Assembly (NCBI RefSeq): GCF_001194135.2
Contig: NC_068994.1
Coordinates: 41,953,774-41,985,810 of the forward strand
DNA length: 32,037 nucleotides
From: Octopus bimaculoides
Lineage: Eukaryota
Reading direction: 5' to 3'
The notes under the pieces are model-generated. The model did not search any database. It worked only from the letters and a program-made list of their open reading frames with translations, and was not told the origin of the DNA. Every line of letters starts with the position of its first letter. Position 1 is the first letter of the stretch. Shown in pieces: positions 22,561 to 32,037 of the stretch. The translations under genes were made by a program, and so were the position numbers.

Positions 22561-22842
22561 TCTAATATTCTTTGTTATGATTCCATATATTAATAGAAAG
22601 CAATCTTCCTTATAATAAAAAAGGTGTGTCCCATAAGCTATTGAGAACATAATTTTCACATAGTATAGCTGGAGTTGTTGTGGCTATTGTTATTGTTGTT
22701 GGGTATCTTCAGTCACCCCTGATTGTGCGATAATAAAAAAAGACGTTCCCACATTCATTCATTCGGTCATTTTACATAAATTTTCTATGCCTGCATGAGT
22801 TAGACAAATATATATTATTGAGGAATTGATTTTTACAGATAG

Positions 22843-22961
22843 ATGTAGATATGGTTGTGTGATTAAGAAACTTGCTTCCCAACCTTGACGTTTTGGATTC
22901 GATCACACTGTGCAGCATCTTTGGTGAGTGTTTTTTGACTGTAGTCCCAGGCCAATCAAAG
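22843..22961 (+). mobile_element. SINE family B copy (diverged)
   Basis: ATGGTTGTGTGATTAAGAAACTTGCTTCCCAACC..GGATTCGATC..TTGGTGAGTG..CTGTAGTCCCAGGCCAATCAAAG aligns by eye to 16137. Confidence 0.65.
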
Positions 22962-23109
22962 AATTAATGTTGTTGTATATTAGCAAAAGATTGGAAATCC
23001 AATATTTTTGTTCTGTATTATGTTGCAAACATTCCTTTGTATTTCTTACTATCAGAAATGCAGTAGATCAATGATTTACCCATTGCTAGCCTGCAACCAA
23101 TGAAAAGTT

Positions 23110-23530
23110 TCCCTCATAATCCTCGTTGTTGTCATCATCATCGTTTTCGCTTTCATCGTCATCATTATCATCATTGTTGTCATCATCGTCGTCATCGTCG
23201 TCATCATCATCATCATCATCATCATCATCACTTAACCCCTGTTTTTCATGCTGGTATGGGCTGGAAGTTTTGACTGCAGAGCTGCTCAGGTCCCACTGTT
23301 AGCTTTAACATGGTTTCTGTGGTTGGAAGCCTTCCTTAACACCAGCCAGTTTACAGTGTTTCCTTGGTGTTTTTTTTTCATGACACTGACACCAGGCAGG
23401 TCACTAAGTAACTTGCAAAACAAAGCAAAAAAAAAAAACCCAAAGGATTGTCCTTCAGAAAATGGGAAATGGCTTTATGCCACGTGTTGATGATGGCTGA
23501 AGTATGATAGCAGGACAAGCAAAGCGGTTT
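23110..23530 (-). mobile_element. Diverged SINE with RTE-like 3' end and a long (GAT/GAC)n tail
   Basis: CAT/CGT array 23110-23230, then CTTAACCCCTGTTTTTCATGCTGGTATGGGCTGGA and GGAAGCCTTCCTTAACACCAGCC, homologous to 18849-19010. The far boundary is approximate. Confidence 0.62.
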
Positions 23531-24646
23531 TGCTATTGAGAAGATCCATACTTGCCCTGCATTATGGGAAGTTGAGGGGAGAAAAGCTGGAAGGACAGGG
23601 TGCCAGAGCATACTTTCAAGGTACAAGAAGGTGAATATTAGGAAGAATATAGACAGTAGATCAGTGGCATCATCTAGTGGTTGTTGTCGTCATTGGGTCA
23701 TTGGGTATGCTGACACACTGACCGTACAATGACTAACATTAGTTTTACACAAATTAGGCATTCTGACCATGTATTTCTATTCAAAATGCAGTATCCAAAA
23801 TGCAAATAATGTAAACTTAATTCATTTGGGATGAAGATATATGGCACTAAAGCAATCTGAATAAATAATACCCTATAAATTGTAAGCATTCTAAAATAAG
23901 CCATAATTTTCTTATGTACACACATTGAAAAATAAGAAACCATATAATTTTACTTACTTAGATTACTTATATGCAAGTTCCATTCTTCTTCTTTGAGATG
24001 TCAAATGTTCGATAACCTCATTGTACAATGAACCACTTTATTATTAGCTTTGAAAACAAATTAAGATTAAAATTACATGATGATATTGTAAGAAAAAAAT
24101 TATTGTAAAAATAATTAGTTTTAGCTTTGGAATTTTAATTTAATTTCAGCATACAACTTCTCACCATGAAAACAAACATGTGACCGTGCTGTCAAAGCTG
24201 TTACACACCCTTACCATTAATTTCTTGTCGTTCTCCCATTATCCTACGATATGCCTGGTACTGTATTGTGATACAATGCACTGTGAGATGTGCAGTGTTA
24301 TTTCAGGTCACCTGCCACCAAATTTCGAGCAAAAGTTTTCTATCATGATTCGTGATTAAATTAATGATTAAGGTTAATATTTATAATGAATTTACCATTT
24401 TCAATGGGTGTGCAGCGCACACCTAGCACACCCAGAGTATACGCCCCTGCAGAAGATCCAGAAGGAAAGAAAGGGTGCATAGTTTCGTAAACATGTGAGA
24501 GGAGATTGACACATGGTTAGAGATGGGGAGAGAGGTTGATGTAGAGTGTAACAGACAAAGGTGGAGGAGTGGTTGATGGTATATATCAGTACAGAATTGG
24601 GTGGTGAGGTGGGAGGATACTTATAGAGTAGTGAACTGAACTACAA

Positions 24647-24710
24647 TGGAGGGGCAATGGCCCAGTGGTTAGGGCAGTGGACTCGTGGTTGGAGGATCGC
24701 AGTTTCAATT
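24647..24710 (+). mobile_element. SINE family A head; remainder in the gap
   Basis: TGGAGGGGCAATGGCCCAGTGGTTAGGGCAGTGGACTCGTGG is nearly identical to 1189-1230. Confidence 0.88.
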
Positions 24711-25059
24711 NNNNNNNNNNNNNNNNNNNNNNNNNNNNNNNNNNNNNNNNNNNNNNNNNNNNNNNNNNNNNNNNNNNNNNNNNNNNNNNNNNNNNNNNNN
24801 NNNNNNNNNNNNNNNNNNNNNNNNNNNNNNNNNNNNNNNNNNNNNNNNNNNNNNNNNNNNNNNNNNNNNNNNNNNNNNNNNNNNNNNNNNNNNNNNNNNN
24901 NNNNNNNNNNNNNNNNNNNNNNNNNNNNNNNNNNNNNNNNNNNNNNNNNNNNTGTGACCATGTATGCAGATCATTTTAAAAACTGGGATATGAATCATTA
25001 CCCCTGAAGCTGGAAAACCAATGCTGAGCTCACTGCAACCCTACATGTTAACAGAAATA

Positions 25060-25265
25060 ATTCTTTCTTATCATGGCAAATAGCCAATAATTTCAAGGGG
25101 AGGGGTGAGTTGATTTCATTGGTCCCAGTGTTCAAAGGGTACATATTTTATCGATCTCAAATGGATAAAAAGCTGCCACTGGTGGAATTTGAACTCAGAA
25201 TGTAAAACCAGAAGAAATGCTGCTGGGCATTTTGTCTAGCATACGAACAATTCTGCCAAGCTCAC
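25060..25265 (-). mobile_element. tRNA-derived SINE (family D here)
   Basis: GGAATTTGAACTCAG is the reverse complement of the B-box CTGAGTTCAAATTCC. Related fragments at about 17600-17650 and 28600-28720. Confidence 0.62.
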
Positions 25266-25274
25266 CATTTTGTA

Positions 25275-25481
25275 TCTTTTATCTTTGAATTGTCTAAATC
25301 ATTTGACTAAGGCCATGCTGGGGCATTGCCTTGAATATTTAGTCAAATGAATCAACCTCAGTACTTATTGTTTTTTGAGCTTGGTACTTACTCTATCTTC
25401 CTCTTTGCCGAACTGTAAAGTTACGGCGACTTAGACACACCAACACCGGTTGTCTAGTGGTGGTGGTGGTGGGGGACAAGT

Positions 25482-25495
<14 letters not shown>
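25275..25495 (-). mobile_element. SINE family C copy
   Basis: TCATTTGACTAAGGCCATGCTGGGGCA..GCCGAACTGTAAAGTTAC..ACACCGGTTGTC..GGGGGACAA, homologous to 19015 and 28790. Confidence 0.7.
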
Positions 25496-25512
<17 letters not shown>

Positions 25513-25729
25513 TGAGTGGGTGCTGAAAAGTTTCTGGCTTGGGTAAAAAAAATACAGGAGGAACAGTTAATTATGATTTTATTCAGCATATTCCCCTCTC
25601 AGATTTACACTTATTGTAGTGGTCCTTCGGTTTTTCTAAGCTCTGTAAAAGAAATCAGAAGGTTAGGCCTCCAACCAGGCCTTTCGCAATACCCTAAAAA
25701 CCAAGAACTTTGTTTTCAGCACTTTCTCA
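25513..25729. mobile_element. Mariner-derived MITE
   Basis: Ends TGAGTGGGTGCTGAAAAGTTTCTGGCTT and AACCAAGAACTTTGTTTTCAGCACTTTCTCA|TA are imperfect inverted repeats of the mariner TIR type. No coding capacity. Confidence 0.72.
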
Positions 25730-25744
25730 TATGTATAAAACAGG

Positions 25745-25897
25745 CTTCTTTTAGCTTCCATCTACCAAATTGACTCACAAGGCTTTGGTCAGCCCGAGGC
25801 TATAGTAGAAGACACTTGCACAAGATGCCATATTGCAGAACTGAACCCAGGACTATATGCTTTTAAAGTAAGCATCTTACCACACAGCCACATCTGT
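25745..25897 (-). mobile_element. SINE family B copy
   Basis: CTCACAAGGCTTTGGTCAGCCCGAGGCTATAGTAGAAGACACTTG..GAACTGAACCC..TTACCACACAGCCAC. Confidence 0.8.
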
Positions 25898-26457
25898 GTC
25901 TGTATATGTTTCAGAAGCAATAATCCACAAACATTCACTGCATGTCAAAACACAAACATCCTTGCCACTACTACAATCAGAAATTTTCTGTAAAATACAC
26001 TAACTCTATATTTATCAGTCTTTCAAAACTTCTTTTAATCTCATAAATAACAATCCCAGATTATCAGCTTCATGTTGATTGGATAATTTCTAAAATAATA
26101 GAAAGGTTTGGTGTAGACTGAAAATGAAATAAATAACAATCTTTTGTTTTGTGTAGTGCCATCCAAAGTAAATATATGAGATGATGGATGTAAATAATTT
26201 GTAATACACAGGCGATAACAATAGGAAGTATGTTCATACATGTATGTGTGAAAATTTGTGTTTTCTATCCAGTTTTTGAGCACCTACAATATATAGGACT
26301 TCACTCATATCTAGTGACACAAAACATATTTTGCATTGTCATATATACATCCATACACATACATACACATATGCATACACATACAAGGGTTCGTCTGTAT
26401 ATATATATATATATATATATATAAGCATAAATGTACGCATGTATATATTTATAGATG

Positions 26458-26508
<51 letters not shown>

Positions 26509-27329
26509 NNNNNNNNNNNNNNNNNNNNNNNNNNNNNNNNNNNNNNNNNNNNNNNNNNNNNNNNNNNNNNNNNNNNNNNNNNNNNNNNNNNNNNNNNNNN
26601 NNNNNNNNNNNNNNNNNNNNNNNNNNNNNNNNNNNNNNNNNNNNNNNNNNNNNNNNNNNNNNNNNNNNNNNNNNNNNNNNNNNNNNNNNNNNNNNNNNNN
26701 NNNNNNNNNNNNNNNNNNNNNNNNNNNNNNNNNNNNNNNNNNNNNNNNNNNNNNNNNNNNNNNNNNNNNNNNNNNNNNNNNNNNNNNNNNNNNNNNNNNN
26801 NNNNNNNNNNNNNNNNNNNNNNNNNNNNNNNNNNNNNNNNNNNNNNNNNNNNNNNNNNNNNNNNNNNNNNNNNNNNNNNNNNNNNNNNNNNNNNNNNNNN
26901 NNNNNNNNNNNNNNNNNNNNNNNNNNNNNNNNNNNNNNNNNNNNNNNNNNNNNNNNNNNNNNNNNNNNNNNNNNNNNNNNNNNNNNNNNNNNNNNNNNNN
27001 NNNNNNNNNNNNNNNNNNNNNNNNNNNNNNNNNNNNNNNNNNNNNNNNNNNNNNNNNNNNNNNNNNNNNNNNNNNNNNNNNNNNNNNNNNNNNNNNNNNN
27101 NNNNNNNNNNNNNNNNNAATTTTTTATCCAAACATATATGTGTATATATATGTGTGTGTATATATATACTCATGCACACATTTATATTTTCATATATATT
27201 TTCATTATATATATATGTGTGCGTGTGTGTGTGTGTGCGTGTGTGTGTGTGTGTGTACAAATATGTGTGTGTGTATGCGTGTGTGTGTGTGTGTGTGTAC
27301 GTGTGTGCTGGTTTTGGGTATGAGATGCA

Positions 27330-27565
27330 TATGAAAGATGACAGTTGCGTAAAGATATGCCAAGTGATCCACATGGAAGAAACCTACTGAAGAGGAAGAC
27401 CAGGCAAGACACAGAAAGAAGAGGTGATAGATGACCTCAGGAGACTGAATCTCACAATGACAATGACAAAGGGTGCAGTGACTGTTGAGACAGTGTTGGA
27501 GAAGACCGGTCTAACCCATGCAAGCATGGAAAATGGAGTGTAATATGATGCTGATAATGATGATT
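27330..27565 (+). mobile_element. RTE-clade LINE 3' fragment
   Basis: DDSCVKICQVIHMEETY*RGRPGKTQKEEVIDDLRRLNLT..LEKTGLTHASMENG, then a GAT-like tail. Homologous to 9830-10040. Confidence 0.78.
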
Positions 27566-27579
27566 GTGGTGTTTTAGGC

Positions 27580-27643
27580 GTGTATGTGTGTGAAAGTGTA
27601 TCTATCTTTCTGTCTATCTATCTCTCTGTCTGTCTGTCTGTCG

Positions 27644-27675
<32 letters not shown>

Positions 27676-27760
27676 GCCTGTCTGTCTGTCTATCTATTTG
27701 TCTTATCTCTATTTCTCTACCTTTCTTTCTATCAATCAATCTATCTGTCTGTCTGTTTAT

Positions 27761-27828
<68 letters not shown>

Positions 27829-27870
27829 CTATTTGTCTATCTATCTGTTTGTCTGTCTATTTATCTACAC
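27580..27870. repeat. Compound (TCTA)n/(TCTG)n/(TC)n microsatellite
   Basis: Directly visible. Confidence 0.96.
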
Positions 27871-28599
27871 ATGCACACACATTACACACTTTTACACTCA
27901 TACAAAGGTATATAAAAGTGTATACATAAATATATATGCATGTCTATCTCTCTCCTTTCTTTCTTTGTGTGTGTATGTGTGTATGTGTGTGTATATATAT
28001 ATATATATATATACACACACATACACACACATACATACGCACATATATATATATACACAGACACACACATATATGTACATATGTACATACATACATATAT
28101 ACATGTGTTAGCTATATGACACATAGTAGCTAGATATATCATAGTTTATTAGATGACAGTTCTACATCAAGAAATTTAACAGCAGCCACGATCTAGTATT
28201 GCAGTTCATCTATACAAGATGCCATTACAAAACTGAAAGTACATTAATATTATGAAACAAAAACATACAAATAAATAGATAGATATATAAATAAAGAAAT
28301 GAATGAATGAATAAATAAATAAATGAATATATAAAATCTCCACATATTTACTGAGTGAAAGCATTGATATATCACGCTGTGGATTTATATTTTTGTAATA
28401 TTGATTGAATAGAATCCCTTTTGGAACTTTGGGAATTGACAGCCGATGTTATTGAGAGAAAAGTTTTGAAATTAAAGCAAGGCACAAGCTCACATTGAAG
28501 AAAATATATTTCATTGTTTTTTAGGCATGAAGAAAGGAAATTAATGACAATATTGATTTCCAAGTTTGGAACAATGCTAGAAATTTTGTTGGGTGGGTA

Positions 28600-28720
28600 A
28601 AAGGTATAGTTGATTTTTAATCAAGTCCAGTACATGACTGGTATTTTATTTTAAGGGAGCTGGAAGGATAAAATGCAGAGTTGTTGATGTTTGTAAAATT
28701 TGAACTTGTAGCCCAGAAGG
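28600..28720 (-). mobile_element. SINE family D fragment
   Basis: CCAGTACATGACTGGTATTTTATTTT..GAAGGATAAAA..AATTTGAACT, similar to 25100-25205. Confidence 0.5.
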
Positions 28721-28789
28721 GTGAAATTCAAATTGGCTTTGGAGGGATTACAGATCAGAAGGTAGGAAAAATAACTACCTTTTGTGTTT

Positions 28790-28980
28790 TGTATGTTTCA
28801 GTCTTTAGACTGTGGCCAAGCTGAAACTTGAAGGATTTTAGTCTAACCAATTAACTCAGTACTTCTAAAACTTTGATTCTTATTTTATTAGTTTCTTTTG
28901 CTGAACTGCTAGGTTACAGATGCCATAAACAAACCACCATTGGTTGTCAAGTAGTGGTTGGGGACAAATACGAACATGAC
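28790..28980 (-). mobile_element. SINE family C copy
   Basis: TGTTTCAGTCTTTAGACTGTGGCCAAGCTG..GCTGAACTGCTAGGTTAC..GGTTGTCAAG..GGGGACAAA. Confidence 0.68.
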
Positions 28981-29074
28981 TCACATTTGTGTAATGGGTA
29001 AATTGTCACAATTTTATATTTTTAATTTCATGTATGTGCATTTTTTTTTTTTTGAATTTGTCAACTACATAACA

Positions 29075-29785
29075 TAGTAGGGTCAGTTGGGCAACATCTG
29101 TGAGAAAAACAGCACCATGATGCAATTCACTCTGTCACAAATTCGAAAATTACATACTGTACTGCTTGGCATTAATGCTAACATTTCAAAGTGTTGGGTG
29201 TCAATCTGAGGATAGTGCAATTTGAAGACATGTACCAAGAGTGATAAGAATCAAACATCTAATCAACATCATGGTGTTTGGAGTGATCACTATTGAGGGT
29301 GATGTTATGCATCCATTCATCTTCTAACACAACCTCAGACTCAACATGGAGGCCTACATCAAATGCCTGGAGGAGGTAGTGTTGCCCTGTGTCAAGAGGG
29401 TGGCTGCTGGAAAACCGTATGTCTGGCAACTAGTCTCTATACCATGCCACACAAGCAGAAGAACCCAGTAATGACTGTCAAATAATTTCTGCAACCACAT
29501 CACCCTAACATCTGGACACTTAACTTTCCAGATGGCAAACCTCTTGATTTTTATGTTTGTGGTGTAGCTGAGCAAGAAATCAACAAAACTTCTTGTAACA
29601 CCAAAGATGAACTATAAGCAAGGATTATGGCAGCATTCAGATATTTTTACCAAAATTACATCAAAATACCTTAAAATACCAAAGAGTAAATTTATTCAAT
29701 AAAATCGCTATTAGCTTCAACTATGGCCTCGAAATGACTTCAGAATTGCATGCAACTCTTCTGGATGGTCTCCTTGTTTGAATTA
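29075..29785 (+). pseudogene. DD37D (maT-type) Tc1/mariner relic, internally deleted, with the 3' end inverted
   Basis: MMQFTLSQIRKLHTVLLGI, a deletion, then IKHLINIMVFGVITIEGDV..AYIKCLEEVVLP..YVWQLVSIPCHTSRRTQ..NIWTLNFPDGKPLDFY..ARIMAAF. There are 37 residues between the decayed QDSAP position and the NPLD Asp after correcting one frameshift. The C-terminus lies on the minus strand at 29692-29784. Confidence 0.85.
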
Positions 29786-30303
29786 ATATATATGTGTGTG
29801 TGTGTATGTATGTATGTGCATATATACACACACTCACACACAAACACACACATACACATACACACAGATACATATACATATATGTGGTGTGGAGCATGAC
29901 AAGTAACTAAGGGTCAATGGTTCCACATTCCACTCTCTTATATTCAGTGCAGGGTATCAAACCACATGATTGGATAGTGTATGGAATATGAACCATGTAA
30001 CAGAATTAACAAAATACAGAAGACAAATATAGCATTCTACACTGTATAAAACTTACTCATGTTTTTCAAGCTACTGCCAGGATTACATAGTTAATTTCTC
30101 TCTTCAGTTGATAAATACTGAAAAGTTGGATTAACAATATTATAAAGTTTTCCAACAAGCAATTATGAAGTCTTGGCCCAAATTCGAAGAAACATACGTA
30201 TGGTTTGTAGTGTATAAATTGTCATGTTTTCTTTATTTTTTCAATACTGCAAATATTCTCAGAATCCGGACATATACTTATATGTAACTGACAAGCTTCA
30301 GTA

Positions 30304-30360
30304 CAGTTTCCATTGACCAAATTCCACCTATAAAGCATTGGGCAACCCAAGGCTACTGTA
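30304..30360 (-). mobile_element. SINE family B 3' fragment
   Basis: CAGTTTCCATTGACCAAATTCCAC..AAAGCATTGGGCAACCCAAGGCTA resembles the reverse complement of 16235-16285. Confidence 0.55.
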
Positions 30361-31052
30361 CAAAAACAGCATAAGGCATCTTGATGTAGAAATGAACTCA
30401 AATTCACAAAGTCACTGAACAAATTTCATACTTACATGACCATATTCATGGCTATATATTTATTTTATACTTGTACATCAATTCTGAATCAATTTGGAAT
30501 CCTGCTTACATATATTTTTACTTGACTTCCAGTGTTGCAAACAACATTCTATTGTAAATGCTTTCTTCCATTCTTTAATATTAAAAGTAACAACTTACAA
30601 TTAATTCGCTTATGATTATTGTTAATATACCAAAATCTTCTTTTCATTTTATGAACTAAAAGTGATATGAAATTTAGTCCAGTTTCGATTTATGATTGCA
30701 GATATTTCACTTCAGTCACATTGCTTGAAAAATTCAATTCTTCATAATTCTCTATTTTCCTTCTGTAAATCTAAGGTTTGGAACTTTCTGAAGAGTCAAT
30801 AAATAATTCGTTAGGACTTAACTACTCTTCCATCAAAGCTCATATATTTTACAAAAACAAAATTGACAAACCTACATCACTTAAATAGCTATTATGTACA
30901 ACATGTATATATTCCTCATATATCAATGTTATATAGGCAGTTTTCTTTGTCATCCAAAGGAAAATATTACTACCACTATTGCCATCAAATCCTAATAGTA
31001 TCTTTAGTTTAAATAACCCTCAAGCTTGTTTATTTATTTAATATAGTTTTTC

Positions 31053-31118
<66 letters not shown>

Positions 31119-31989
31119 GTATATATAATTATGTTCCAGAATATAAACTGACATGGCTCAAGTCAGTCAATTATCTCCCATTCATGAGCTCTTCAGGAAT
31201 CAGTGAAACGAATCGAAATTTTCCAGTATATTAAGATGTTCCTTGATGTACAGCCAAATAATTCTTATTCAATAGCATGCTATCATGGCTGAGTAGGTAA
31301 ATTCACTTCTCAGTTAAAGCTCGTCTAATTCAATAACTCAGAAGTAATTCATAAACATAAGATAAATAGAAAACTAGCAGCCATAAGTATATTGATTATT
31401 TTGAAAAGCAAAAAAAAAAAAAGCAAAAACAAAAACAAAAAAAGCAAAAGCAAACAAAAGAAGAGAAATAAAAAAAAATGCAAGCGAACGAATTACTATA
31501 CACTTCAATTGTTTTATTCTTTCTTCAGTGGTATCACCATTTTTGGCACAACTGAGATTTAGAGCTGAGATTAACTCTTTTATTGCACTCACAGAGACTA
31601 TTGGTGACATTTCCTTGCTTTCAAATACAATGCACCCAAATTGTATTCATTAATAGTCTCATAAAAAACGAAAATAAATAGAAAAAAAATTTTCTAAAAC
31701 TTTAGAGAATTTCCTTCAGACCAAAACAATTTTCTCTGCAGAGAACTAAAAGAGGGATTTTAAGAAGATTAGAAGACATTTTCTTTATTTTATTATGCAT
31801 ACTCACAAATAAGTAGACACACATACATAGTGTATCTGCATATACATATATATATATATATATATATACATATATACACACACATTAATTTATATATGTA
31901 TATACATATACAGTCATATACATACATATACATACATACCTATATATAAGTGTATGTATATATACAGTTGTATATACACACACATATCA

Positions 31990-32023
<34 letters not shown>

Positions 32024-32037
32024 CATATATATATATA

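Larger units (their letters stand above)
2824..27117. other. 14 assembly gaps (about 4.8 kb)
   Basis: N-runs start at 2824, 4195, 5941, 6867, 7728, 8917, 10544, 12055, 13583, 16470, 17950, 21620, 24711 and 26509. Eleven abut TA or TAC microsatellites, one lies in the minisatellite, and two adjoin SINE sequence. Confidence 0.99.

Noticed and set aside
23758-23881. + strand exon with a GACTAAC branch point and GTAAGC donor
   Set aside because: Stops in all frames; it could only be non-coding and there is no other support.
28525-28596. 72-nt + strand exon candidate (HEERKLMTILISKFGTMLEILLG)
   Set aside because: Splice signals alone are common in AT-rich DNA; no linked exon or homology.
30600-30765. 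Minus-strand exon between a TTTACAG acceptor and a GTAAGT donor
   Set aside because: The best frame has an internal TAA and the other frames are closed.
31529-31653. Possible + terminal exon (VSPFLAQLRFRAEINSF..) overlapping minus ORF 31374..31610
   Set aside because: Both strands are open, neither is recognised, and I cannot choose between them or link either to a gene.

Overview
Eukaryotic, AT-rich, microsatellite-saturated genomic DNA with 14 N-gaps (about 4.8 kb, mostly bordered by (TA)n). The repeat content resembles octopod cephalopod (Octopus-like) DNA; this is inferred from recalled repeat families, not from a search. No complete recognisable gene is present, and most supplied ORFs are artefacts of microsatellites or gaps. 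Unique-looking sequence is mostly decayed mobile DNA: two mariner transposase relics, a DD37D maT relic, a mariner MITE, two hAT MITEs of one family, RTE-type LINE 3' fragments, a Penelope GIY-YIG fragment and many SINE copies. There is a weak + strand spliced-gene candidate (CpG cluster with YY1-like motif and donor near 6.3 kb; exons at 7426, 8639, 11146). The most interesting structures are (1) a roughly 40-copy 19-bp minisatellite that grew out of the LED-x-ERSGRP motif of a mariner transposase, (2) a fold-back tRNA-headed element followed by a hammerhead-ribozyme-like remnant, near a Penelope endonuclease fragment, and (3) an in-place inversion of the 3' end of the maT element.
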